Position numbers and translations under genes: made by a program. From contig JAQGDQ010001121.1 in the NCBI GenBank assembly GCA_030141605.1, forward strand, positions 31,098-61,074: a DNA stretch of 29,977 bases, written 5' to 3'. The number at the start of each line of letters is the position of its first letter. Position 1 is the first letter of the stretch. Source of the DNA: Tubiluchus corallicola. Lineage: Eukaryota > Animalia > Priapulida. The notes beneath the pieces are model-generated. The model had not been told where the DNA came from and did no database searches. It worked only from the letters and a program-made list of their open reading frames with translations. This document shows positions 1 through 26,570 of this stretch, piece after piece.

Positions 1-97
1 GGAATAGGTTATTTTGCCAATACAATTTTATTTACATGATGTGCCATTTCTTGGAATTTATGTACATCTAGCTGCATTTGGTTGTATCTTTTTCCAG

Positions 98-15139
<15,042 letters not shown>

Positions 15140-15368
15140 GTAAAACCTTTCACGATGCTTTGTATTTTTGTGCATATTATGATACATAGTATAGTAGTAG
15201 TTAACAATTGTAAAACAAGTTTTGGAATTTTCAAAATTTAACATTTAATCAAATAAAAATGCTGAGCATTTTTTATTTTTATTTTTATTTTTCTTGTAAT
15301 GTAAGGTATATGATAACATAGTAAATCCTGAAGTATGTCATTGCAATAGCTATCATTCTGTGGCATAG

Positions 15369-15433
15369 ATATCAATGAATGCTCATCCATTCCTTGTTTC
15401 CGTCAGAACATGGGCTATGGAGTAAGGATTTGA
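15369..15433 (+). pseudogene. Half-EGF fragment (copy 3) ending in TGA
   Basis: DINECSSIPCFRQNMGYGVRI*. Confidence 0.65.
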
Positions 15434-15595
15434 TGAGCATTCATTGATATTTCTAAAAAAAGACAGCAGTTGCTTTATATTGTTGCTGGATTTGTTGCGT
15501 CATTGTAAGGTAATGCATGATATTCGAGTAAAACTTTAATATACAGTCACGCAACAAATTCGGCAATATTTTAAGCCAGTGGCTCTTTTCATTAG

Positions 15596-15624
15596 TTACC
15601 AATGAATGCGTAACTGATCCTTGT
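15596..15624 (+). pseudogene. Type-G EGF exon with an internal deletion
   Basis: TNECVTDPC, then jumps to the downstream-intron motif tttctgctttacatgacttagcaaat seen near 12806 and 14647. Confidence 0.7.
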
Positions 15625-15800
15625 TTTCTGCTTTACATGACTTAGCAAATATTGCAATATTATCATATATAAATCTTAATCTTGGCCACAGGTGCCAGTT
15701 ATCGCTTATTAATTATTATATCTTGTGATCGTATAGAATTCAAGTGATTTATATAATGAATTAACTGATTCGCTTCCTATTTTAATTATTTAAAATATAA

Positions 15801-18655
15801 GATACAATTCACGCCACCGAAAATCTGATTGTAGGCATAACAGAAATTTGGCTACATAAACAAATACTTAGCAACACTATAGAATTACCTAATCACACAT
15901 TAATAAGAAGAGATAGATGTAAAAATAAGAAAGGTGGAGGGGTTGCGATGTATATACCTTCACACCTGAGACCACAAGAAATGAAAGGCATCAGAACCGG
16001 CAAGATTGAATCTGTTTGGTGCAGCATTGAGAACTATGTAATAGGAACCATATATAGACCACCCAATCTCAAACACAAAACATTTTTCAAATACTTTAGT
16101 GAAGAACTAGAACGCAGTGTTTTCGAAAATAAAAAAGTTCTTATAATGGGCGATTTCAACCTTGATATTTTAGCTACAAACACACTGGCATACAAAACAT
16201 ACACAGAGCTCTTAAAACAATATAATGTCCACATACTTTACAACAATAAACCTACTCGAATTTCTAAAACATCAGCCACAGCAATCGACCATTTCATTTC
16301 GAATAGTAACAATAATTTCGTAGCATATGATACTTTCCCGTGTGATTTTTCAGATCATCATTTCACAATATTAGTAGATAAAATGACCCCACAGCATAAT
16401 AATAACCAAAATTCAGTCTGGCATTTAATGAGAGACTACGCCCAATACAACAAACATTCATACTTAATCGACTTAGCAAAAATGAACTGGACCTCCATAT
16501 ATATGACTGATAAAATAGATACACAAGTTAATATTCTGACATATAATGTCGAATATTGCCTTAATGTACATGCACCATATAAAAACGTAAAGCAAATCCC
16601 ACAACAAAGCAAACTCAATAACGAAAGTACCTGGACAACACCTGAACTTGACAAACTAAGAATAGCGAAAAACAGAATGTAAAGAACAAAACTAAAAACA
16701 ATCATAACAATTATAAGAGAAATCAATTTAATAATCTTAATAAATGCTTGAAAAATAAACATATACAACAACAATGTAAAAACGCAACAAATACCAAAGA
16801 AAAATGGAAAATTATTAACAATGTAATAAATAAATGCCGTAACAAACTAACGCGTGTTGACGAAATTAAGATCAACAACACGGTGATTACAAAACCCAAA
16901 GATATTGCCAACGCGCTAAATGCAATATTCCTGAATCTTGGAAATTTTAAGGGAGTGGCTTCTCATATTAGCAATAATATAATTAATAAATTAAAAAACA
17001 AATCGTCTAACACAGTATTCTCATTCAAAAGCGTCACAGTAGGAGAAATTAACGACATATTAAATAACCTAAGTTCCAACAAAGGGAGTGGACCATCAGA
17101 TATTCCTATCAAAATTCTAAAAGATAGCGCATCTGTAATAGCCCCGCATATGACTTACATTGCTAATCAGATAATTATGAGAGGCGAATTTCCAACGGTA
17201 TGTAAAATGGCAAACGTGACTCCAATCCATAAAAAAGATCCAAAATGTGATCCCATGAATTATCGCCCAATTTCCGTAATCCATTGTTTCGGCAAAGTTT
17301 GGGAAAGGGTAATTTATGATCAGATAAATTCATATGTAAATAAACATGAACTTTTATCAAAACATCAGTTTGGCTTCCGTAAACACCATTCAACCATTGA
17401 CGCCCTAATACACACAACAGAAAATTGGAGACATAGTTTAGACAACAAGCAATACATTTTAGCAGCATTTTTGGATTTAAGTAAAGCTTTCGATAGCATT
17501 AATCACGAACTACTTTACGATAATTTAAAACAAATCGGATTAGATTCGATATCGTTAAAACTGATACAAAATTATCTCAAAGATAGACAACAACGAGTAA
17601 AGTTAGATACAACCAACTTTTCTGACTGGGCCACGTTAAACAGAGGTATACCGCAAGGAACACTACTAGGTCCGTTATTATTTTGCCTATATATAAACAA
17701 CATATCCAGTGTATTAAAACACTCACAAATAACGCAATACGCTGATGACACTACAATCTACATAGCCCATGAAAATGTCCAAACTGCAAAAAATTATTTA
17801 GAAGAAGATATAAAAAATATAAATATGGCATTTAGTCATTACAAGCTAAAAATGAATAATGACAAAACAGAATTCATGATACTGTCACCCTCATTAAATA
17901 CTAATGATGCATCATCAACCACTTTGACAATAGATAATGCTGTAATCAAACAAACTAACAATGTTAAATTCCTGGGCATACAAGTAGACAATAATCTTTC
18001 ATGGGATGATCACTTTAATAACATATACACAAAAATGGCATCTAGCACATCATATCTCCGACAAGTTAAAGGGCAACTAACAAAGGAAACTAAAACACTA
18101 ATATATAAAACTTTAGTTCTACCACACTTCTTATATGGATGTACGCTACTTCAAAAAACCAAAAGAGAAAATTACTTAAAATTAAATCTCCTTCAAAACT
18201 ATGCATTGAGATTGATAGCTGGGTACTCATACAAACACAAGGCAGGTAGACAAAAATTCAAAGCTTCAACAACTAACCTGAGAAAAACTTTAAAATTCCC
18301 AATCATTGAAGCACACAAAGAATATTTTACTCTGCTTTTTATATTTAAATACATTAACAACATCAGCAAACCATTCCAGAATAACAGATTTACCTTTTTT
18401 CCAAATCCTATCGTTAATTCCAGAACAAGCAATCTAAAACAAATTAGGACAAATACCCACTATGGAACGAACTCTGTAATCAAACAAGCAATTTTACTTT
18501 GGAATTCTCTACCATTACAGGTTAAACAAATCAAGTCCCTATCAGCATTTAAAACAAAATTAAAATCACTAATATTAACCAGATATGAAATACCATCACA
18601 CCAGTACGACAACATACACACTAATTCCGAATTCATATACCCACGGCCATATTAA
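15801..18655 (+). pseudogene. LINE ORF2 (endonuclease + reverse transcriptase) split by one frameshift at ~16681
   Basis: The first frame is open 15801-16682 and the second frame is open from 16682 to 18655; restoring one base in ATG TA- AAG joins them. Confidence 0.9.
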
Positions 18656-18880
18656 TTAAATCATAGTTTTTTTTATATTTTTTGTGTATAGTTGTAAATA
18701 TGTTTGATTTTATTCGTCATTACTGCACAGTAGTTTAGATTGCACTGACGCATTTGCCTTCAGCAGTGTAAGTTTTTATTAACTAACACTGATTGATTAT
18801 CTCTATAAAGTTTTTATCAGTGATTATCAATGTTTTTAATGGCAAATAAAGATTATTTTATATATATATATATATATATA
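15801..18880 (+). mobile_element. 5'-truncated non-LTR retrotransposon, CR1/L2 group
   Basis: APE endonuclease motifs (IVGITEIWL, RRDR, GGGVAMYI, YRPP, MGDFN, IDHF, SDH); RT motifs (YRPIS, QFGFR, FLDLSKAFDSINH, GIPQGTLLGPLLF, YADDT, KFLG); 3'UTR with AATAAA at 18845 then a (TA)n tail. Confidence 0.95.
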
Positions 18881-19715
18881 CGTTTTCAACACACAGATAC
18901 GAGTACGTAAATTAAATTTCATACCTAAGTGAAACAAAGGTTAACTAAAACTATTGTCTCGTGTGCAAAATCAAATGTAAATCTAAGAGACATCACATTT
19001 CATTAACTAGTACACGTTTACGATGACACAAAGAAAAATCGTTAAAAAGACAATAAGCCTTTTCCCAGTTTCATTGTGCGCATGCTCAGTTGCTCTAGGT
19101 CAAATGTTGCGTGTGCTACGGCAACGCGTCTTAACTGCAATCGTCATGTGACGTGTGTAAGGCAAAGCAGTCTACCACATCAGTTCAGTAAATTCATTCG
19201 CTTTGCGTAGACCTTACTTTATGCATTAGTGATTTACTATCACGATCTTGCTTGGAAACAAGAAAAAATGAACTGGGTAAGCTTCTAGCTAGCTGTAAAA
19301 TTGTTGCTATTACAACAGCTTGGGCTGCACTTAACCTTCGACGTTTTCACGATCATATTCAATCGCTGGAACTGTAAAAACGCTAATTATAAAGCTCAAA
19401 AAAGAGACATTACAAATGCTGATGTGTTAACTCGATTTGCATAGACAATACTTAGTATAATAGTTAAAGGAAACTTATCGTGTCAACCTAAAGGACAAGA
19501 ATCATGAACTACTAATTCACCCTATATCACCAATTGTTTATATAAATAATGTCACCCTAATTGTTTAATTGCAACTAGTGTAGTTTGTTTTCTATCTTCT
19601 AATGGTATAAAATAAAATAAAACTCAAACATTTGAAATAATGCGTAAAATTTATAGAAATCTTGCGATTTTCTACACTGTTTTCACAAGGTGATATTCAT
19701 ATAATTTTCTTCTTT

Positions 19716-19810
19716 CATCGTCATCATCATCATCATCATCATCATCATCTTCATCTTCTTATTGTTATTATTATTCTCATTATTATTATCATTATCATTG
19801 TCATTATTTA
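19716..19810. repeat. (TCA)n/(TTA)n compound microsatellite
   Basis: Seen directly. Confidence 0.9.
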
Positions 19811-19922
19811 TTTCAGAATTGCATAATAAAATTTCTAAAACAGCATTATTTTATAAAAAAAATTATAATTAAATTATCCATATTTGCCAAATATATGTAA
19901 TTACACCAAAATTGAATTTATT

Positions 19923-19959
19923 GCTGACCGGTTTGGAACAAACTGTTGATTGCCAAAGC
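19923..19959 (-). ncRNA. Degenerate hammerhead-like motif
   Basis: GCU-UUGGCAA-U-CAACA-guu-UGUUC-CAAA-CCGG-UC-AGC; stem I covaries (GCU/AGC). Confidence 0.35.
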
Positions 19960-20188
19960 ATCTAAAACGAAAAATTTACCAACAACAAAATGGCAACTCC
20001 CTAAAATTGACAGTTCTGTTACTACTAACATATTTGCTTATTTGTGGATTGCAGCATAGTTATGTAATCTGTAAGGTAAATTGTTAAATTATCTATATAA
20101 TGTTATATCATATATCTTTTGGCTATCTAACTACTGAATTGTATTTCAATGTTGTTTCGAAATTCTGGTAAATTTCTTTGTTTTAGAT

Positions 20189-20225
20189 GCCTTGGCAATG
20201 AACAGTCTGTTCGAAACCGATCGGC
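20189..20225 (+). ncRNA. Hammerhead-like motif, stem III mutated
   Basis: GCC-UUGGCAA-U-GAACA-guc-UGUUC-GAAA-CCGA-UC-GGC, followed by AAUAAA. Confidence 0.45.
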
Positions 20226-20291
20226 AATAAATTCAATTTTGGTATAGTTTTTTTATAATAGTAAAAATATGTATTTGTATTTATAACATAC

Positions 20292-20577
20292 TTGTGTAAA
20301 TGACAAATTGTCGATGTCTTGAGCCATGACGTAATCATGGTAACTAGTTGACGCCATTACTGCAGCACGTTGTACATAGAATGACGTAGAATCGTCAGCT
20401 CCTTTTCTCCCATTTCTACCATCTGGTGCATTGCAAGCTTCCAACTGATTGTATCCATAAAATCGACATTCTGCTGTGCCATTGCTACACACACAAAAGG
20501 TTTTGCTTTCCAGATATTCTTGTCCATCCCAGTAAAAGTTGCCATCAAACAGATTTTCCGCGTCGTCTACGGGAACC
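20292..20577 (-). CDS. Post-VWD exon 5
   Basis: gatag|G VPVDDAENLFDGNFYWDGQEYLESKTFCVCSNGTAEC...NLSFTQ|gtatgt, phase 2-0. Confidence 0.83.
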
Positions 20578-23355
20578 CTATCAGCATTGACATTTTATTT
20601 ATCACATAGTTTACACCAGAATACAAATAGACTATAATTGCTATAGTTATTAATTAATCAGGATAAATTATCATAAAGGAAAGAGTTAGGGGTGCAGGAG
20701 AAAGGGCAGCGAAAGATCAACTGGTCATCAGGTCAGCTACCCTTCTCAGGTTAGTGTAACTTGTAAAAAATTTGTAGCGCTGCTAATTGAAAGGTGTAAT
20801 GTAATTATGAAGTAGGTTAAGAAAATCAACTGTTAACATAAATTTATACGGGAAGAAATTAAACTTGAAATTAAATAGGCTATACATCAAGGAAGCACTA
20901 AAATAAAATGAAAAATATGAAATGATGATTAACAAAATATGTAAAGCACTTAACTAACCGATTAAAACAAAAAATAAACTAGAAATTCAAGTCAAACCGA
21001 AAGAAGATAATAAAACCTAAATAATAAATCAGTGAAGGGAACAAAATATGCATGATAAAATCAAACAAAATATAATGAAACAAAAATATGCAATACTGTA
21101 TAATCAAATTACGTTTAGCATAATGCCGAAAGAACTATGGAACACAAGAACTAGTACAGAAAAATGGAGTAAATATGTAATGAAATATGAGTGTGTGACT
21201 AAATAGGCAATATGACTCAAGAAAAATATAATAAAACTTAATGAAAACTGTGAAATAATGAGCAAAATAATTATAATAAAGTGAATATATATGAAGTGAG
21301 AAAAGCATAATATGCAAGCAAAAACATAAGTGGAGCTGGCAAAATTATAAAAAATTATGAGAAAAAAGTGTAAGTGCTGGATTCGTCTGAAGATTACGTA
21401 ATATTGTACAATTATACTTTGACCTATTGTGCTGCGTTCTTACCTTCCCTTTTCATATCTGCGAAGTAATAATAATAATAACAACAATTATATATTTTGA
21501 TGAAAAGATGTACTATGACAATATAATTATAGTTAATACATTAGTACAAGGGGAATACATTAAAACTAACAGAGATGATTCAGAGATGAACTCGACAGTA
21601 CAAGAATGTAGATTTCGAGATCATGTGTTTATAGTCTAAGTTAAGCAATATCATTTCTTCAGTAAGTGAATAAGTGAATGACAGGAAAACTGATTTTGAG
21701 TGGTTTCATCCGTATAATTGGTTTCTTTATTTACAAAAGATGTATACGAATGTGAATGTGGCTGGCAAAAAAGAGCGAATGTCCGTATCATGGAACGGTG
21801 CTAATGACGAATCCATGGTTTGTCGTTTACAACATAGTGTCAGTTACTTATTACTTACTTGCCTTTCTGATTGCCTGTCTACCTATCTATCTACCTACTT
21901 ACCTACCTACCTACCTGCTTACTTGAGTAGTGTGTACTAATGTGTAAACTAGAAGCCAGCAACTGAACAAAAAAGTCGGTACAGAAATGAAACAGAGATA
22001 TTATAAGAATTCAACGATGATTTTAGTCTGACCTTATTTAAATTATTTGATTTCGCTTTGTCTCTTCTATATAATTACGTAAACACCCCTGGTTTTTAAT
22101 GTATGCAAATTGTATATATTATATATTGTAATATATATATATATATACATTGTTTTGCTTTGTGTGTGTGTTTTGTAATTTTCATAATGTTTGTGCTGAG
22201 TGTTCTGTATCACTTGCCCATACCCTTTAGTTAAAAATAGAAAAATCTCTTACCGCCAACTTTCAGAAAACTGTGGGGTCCAGGCTCTTTCATTGTGCTC
22301 CCGGCTATCTCTCGGTATGAAATCATTAGTGCGATCATTGTCGAATGTTCCGCAAAGACCCTCAGTCCGATGAAAATCCTCGGTTGAGACATACATTACA
22401 ATTTGTATGTAACTCGAAGTTGTGTAGGTTTCAACTACTCCCCCATTTGGTAAATAAACCTATTTATAGAAACAACTCTATAATTAATATAATTATTATA
22501 TAGCTTGATTAGAATTTTGGTATGTCCAGAGTAAGTAGCAGAAAAAAACAAACTGCCGCCCCGTCCGTGACGAAACCAGTGATGAACAAGCCGGAGTGCA
22601 CCTTCTACAGAAGTAGGGGTTAGATGGCCACGGTACAAACTCACAGTTAAATTAAATTTCATTACGAAACTTAAAAGCAGGAAATGTTAGACGATTAGAA
22701 TAATTTGAACCATGGTCCTTGAACTTACAACGCAGACCCCATATTTAGGAATGCGATGGCCTAGTGGTCTAAGAAGGCAACATTCTAACGTTTTCACGGT
22801 TTCTATCTTTAAAATCTTGCATCAAAATTTAAGTATTTGTGATTTGCACCATAATTAATAATAATTGAATTACCCATATTTGGCAAATAGATGTATCTAT
22901 ACCAAAAGTGAATTTATTGTCGACCGGTTTTGAACAAACTGTGCATTGTCAAGGCATCTAAAACAAAAGAAATTTGCCAGAATTTAGAAACAACATCGAA
23001 ATACAATTCAATAGGTAAACAACCAAAAGATCTATGGTGTGACGTTATGTAGATAATTTAGTAATTTACCTTACAGGTTACATATCCTGATTGGCATGAA
23101 ACTATGCTACACTCCACAAACAAACAAAAATGTTAGGAGTAACAGAACTGTCAATATTAGGGAGCTGCCGTTTTGTTACTGAATTCCGTAAAACTACTGA
23201 ATTGTATTTCGATGTTGATTCTAAATTCTGGTAAATTTCTTTGTTTTAGATGCCTTGGCAATGAACAGTTTGTTCGAAACCGGTCGGCTATAAATTCAGT
23301 TTTGGCGTATTAATAATAATCGTAATAATAATGATGATGATGATGATGATGATGT

Positions 23356-23391
<36 letters not shown>

Positions 23392-26300
23392 CGATGATGA
23401 TGATGATGATGATAATGATACTGATAATGATAGTGATAATAATAATGATAGTAATTAAAGGCCTTTTTAATGCTAAAGTCATATCACAGTTTTGCCCTCA
23501 AATACTTCAATCCACTATATGTGATAGACAAAAAACAATGCAGTAACGATGTACAACGTGCGAGTGTTTTAGCGTGTCGTTTCGTTTGTAAGTGTCTCAG
23601 AATTTGTGTTTACTTTTGGTTAATCAACTTACAATACAAAGGTGAAGTATACAAAGTATATATATGATTTAATAACTCTAAGTGATTTCATTTGGCATTA
23701 TAAAAGGGAAGAAAGGAGAATCACAAAAAGACTTTGAACACAAAGTTATATCACTTAAATATTACGCTTTCATATTTGAAAGACTAATGCAATTAGAAGA
23801 GAAAGTTCTTAGTAATTTTTAGATATTCACACCAATTGGTAAAGCGTCACTGCATCGCTATCCCAGTCTGCACCACTGATTCACCAAAACCACATTATTG
23901 ATCTTACTTATACTTACAATATCAAGTAATTTATGCTTTTGTTTAGTTAGTGAAGGGTGTGCTATGCATGTTCTGATTATTTTTTCAAACTTTATAAACT
24001 TGTTTCAAACGAGTCATTGCTGAACTTTAATTTACAAATCTTATAGAGTGTTACTGCTACTACAAGCTCTATCTGCAATAAGACGAGGTTTTTAACTTTC
24101 ACTTATGAGGAATTTTTTCTTGTGCTTTAAGATTTTTTGATTAATAGTTGTACATTACCTGAATACCTACAGAAACCTTACCAGATATCCCCGTTGTTCA
24201 GCTTTTCCCATTTTAAAGTGTTTCCAGTATATAACTCTTTTGTTTGCGCTTTTAAAGCTCTAGCTTGTCTAACACCTGGTGGCGTCTTATCTTCGTAATG
24301 GACTTGCATGCCGTGCTTACATCTATCTAGCCACCACACTTCCCAACCAGCTTGGACAGCAACACCACAATTGCATCCGCCTGTATTTCCATAACCACAG
24401 TCTCCAAAACGTCCTTGCACCTGGTAAAAACAGGAAAAAATTCTCTATTGACGAGTGTCGAAGCGGCTTTTTTGCGAGGTAAAGCTAACATGTGTTGGAG
24501 ATAATTTTAATAACAAGATTTTATCAGTTAAAGTAACGGAACAATTTTATTAAAAAAAATTAAATATTAAAATAGGTTATTGAGGCTGCCAACAACACTT
24601 TAACTCTCCCAGTGTCAGTGACGCACCAGCGTAGCTCACTTTGACGCACCGGTACGTAACGCCAAACGCAATACACAACAACACAAGCCCAATGTACAAC
24701 AACACAAGCCCAATGTACAACAACACAAGCCCAATGTACAACAACACAAGCCCAATGTACAACAACACAAGCCCAATGTACAACAACACAAGCCCAATGT
24801 GCAACTACACAAGCCCAATGTACAACAACACAAGCCCAATGTACAACAACACAGGCCCAATGTACAACAATACAAGCCCAATGTGCAACAACACAAGCCC
24901 AATGTGCAACAACACAAGCCCAATGTGCAACAACACAAGCCCAATATACAACAACACAAGCCCAATGTACAACAACACAAGCCCAATGTACAACAACACA
25001 AGCCCAATGTACAACAACACAGGCCCAATGTACAGCAATACAAGCCCAATGTGCAACAACACAAGCCCAACGTGCAACAACACAAGCCCAATGTGCAACA
25101 ACACAAGCCCAATGTACAACAACACAAGCCCAATGTACAACAACACAAGCCCAATGTGCAACAACACAAGCCCAATGTGCAACAACACAAGCCCAATATA
25201 CAACAACACAAGCCCAATGTGCAACAACACAAGCCCAATATACAAAAACACTAGCACAATACATAACAACACAGGCACAGTACACAACACAAGCGCAATA
25301 CACAAAAACACAAGCCCAATGTGCAACAACACAAGCCCAATATACAACAACACAAGCCCAATGTGCAACAACACAAGCCCAATATACAACAACACAAGCC
25401 CAATGTGCAACAACACAGGCCCAATGTACAACAACACAAGCCCAATATACACCAACACAAGCCCAAATGTACAACAACACAAGCCCAATGTGCAACAACA
25501 CAAGCCCAATGTACAACAACACAAGCCCAATGTACAACAACACAAGCCCAAATGTACAACACAAGCCCAATGTACAACAACACAAGCCCAAATGTACAAC
25601 ACAAGCCCAATGTACAACAAGACAAGCCCAATATACAAAAACACTAGCACAATACATAACAACACAGGCACAGTACACAACACAAGCGCAATACACAACA
25701 ACACAAGCACAATATACAACAATACAAACACAATACACAACAATAAAAGTGCTCAAATGGTGTCACAAAAGTAACCAATACGCGCTTACCATAAAAGGAA
25801 AGTTATTATTATACTCCGTATTTCTGTACATAATGAAGTCGCCGTCATACAAATGTCTGTATTCTCTGCAAACGAAAAACTAGAGGTGTAGTTAATTAAT
25901 TAACATTCATCTTATGCCAGTTGCGTGTCATAATGATATTACGACGTGGAAACATTTATGCTGCAAATAACACATGACACGCGATGGTGGAAAATACCGT
26001 AGATAGCATAGAAGACGTCGTAAATTTTGTACGGTTTAAATTTGTTTCTTTAAAGTCAATTTTTCACTAAGTTAAAGTTAAATAACTCCTCAGTGGCAAC
26101 TTTCCCGGCCGTTAAGACAGCCGTATCAGCATTGTGTTAGTTTTGCCTGATACAAATTCAAATTCTTTTAATCTTTCTCGAATTGAGAAACAATTATTTT
26201 ATTTTAAATCACATTGTGCTCTTGCAACAACTGGTTAGAGTAACTTCGATCTTCAAGTGAAAAGTATCAGTGTTACTATTACGCAACGCTGAGCAGGAAA

Positions 26301-26570
26301 AACATTCATCGATTCACATTTTACAAGTTTTCTTGATTGACATTCATATGCCTTACCTTCATAAATTGTTCTAACCAAAAACTTGATCTCATATTTGCTA
26401 GTTATTCTGTCAAGGAAATCATGAGTTTACTAAACTTGTGGCTACGGCTAAGTTCAACAATACCTAAGCTATACTTACACTCCATCAAATGTTGTCATAT
26501 GAGGATCTCCCACTGCCTTACAAATACCAACTTGACCACCATCTGGTCTATCGAAATCATTGATGTAGAT
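20292..26570 (-). CDS. VWDE-like von Willebrand factor type D domain gene segment, 5 exons; possibly a 5'-less pseudogene copy
   Basis: Exons 26570-26479, 25865-25790, 24420-24182, 22459-22254 and 20577-20292 give CKAVGDPHMTTFDG...GDFIMY...CNCGVAV...GLCGTFDNDRTNDF...FSESWRV...NLF...FCVC in the canonical order. Confidence 0.85.
22254..22459 (-). CDS. VWD exon 4
   Basis: aatag|VYLPNGGVVETYTTSSYIQIVMYVSTEDFHRTEGLCGTFDNDRTNDFIPRDSREHNERAWTPQFSESWR|gtaaga, phase 0-2. Confidence 0.88.
22919..22955 (-). ncRNA. Degenerate hammerhead-like motif
   Basis: GCC-UUGACAA-U-GCACA-guu-UGUUC-AAAA-CCGG-UC-GAC; keeps the UUGANAA core. Confidence 0.35.
23252..23288 (+). ncRNA. Minimal type-I hammerhead ribozyme-like motif, variant core
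   Basis: GCC-UUGGCAA-U-GAACA-guu-UGUUC-GAAA-CCGG-UC-GGC: stem I, U3/A8 core, stem II, GAAA, palindromic stem III, GUC site. Confidence 0.55.
23310..23452. repeat. (TAA)n/(TGA)n compound microsatellite
   Basis: Seen directly; abuts fold-back element copy 2. Confidence 0.95.
24182..24420 (-). CDS. VWD exon 3 (3' boundary uncertain)
   Basis: taccag|VQGRFGDCGYGNTGGCNCGVAVQAGWEVWWLDRC...NNGDI. Confidence 0.82.
24669..25745. repeat. 21-bp minisatellite (caatgtRcaacaacacaagcc), about 50 units, intronic
   Basis: Seen directly; lies between VWD exons 2 and 3. Confidence 0.97.
25790..25865 (-). CDS. VWD exon 2
   Basis: ttgcag|A EYRHLYDGDFIMYRNTEYNNNFPFM|gtaagc, phase 2-0. Confidence 0.85.

Larger units (their letters stand above)
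19864..20246. mobile_element. Short fold-back element, probably a Penelope-like inverted pseudo-LTR remnant (copy 1)
   Basis: ~80-bp inverted arms (19902-19981 / 20166-20246); core homologous to copy 2 in the opposite orientation; hammerhead-like motif followed by AATAAA in the arms. Confidence 0.7.
22861..23309. mobile_element. Short fold-back element, probably a Penelope-like inverted pseudo-LTR remnant (copy 2)
   Basis: ~115-bp inverted arms (22898-23014 / 23194-23309); same core and same ~37-bp one-sided extension as copy 1. Confidence 0.7.

Noticed and set aside
15660-15800. LINE target-site duplication or ORF1
   Set aside because: No repeat matching the 3' flank was found, and the frame is closed by TAA at 15798
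19218-19371. Possible further minus-strand exons after VWD exon 5
   Set aside because: Short AG/GT-bounded open stretches exist but show no VWDE/C8-like motif and would need a very short intron
24669-25745. CRISPR-like array
   Set aside because: Head-to-tail repeats without unique spacers, no cas genes, eukaryotic context
24560-25883. Long ORFs of 100-400 aa on both strands (MYNNTSP, HWACVVV, LGLCCCT repeats)
   Set aside because: Translations of a 21-bp minisatellite inside an intron; no splice or domain support
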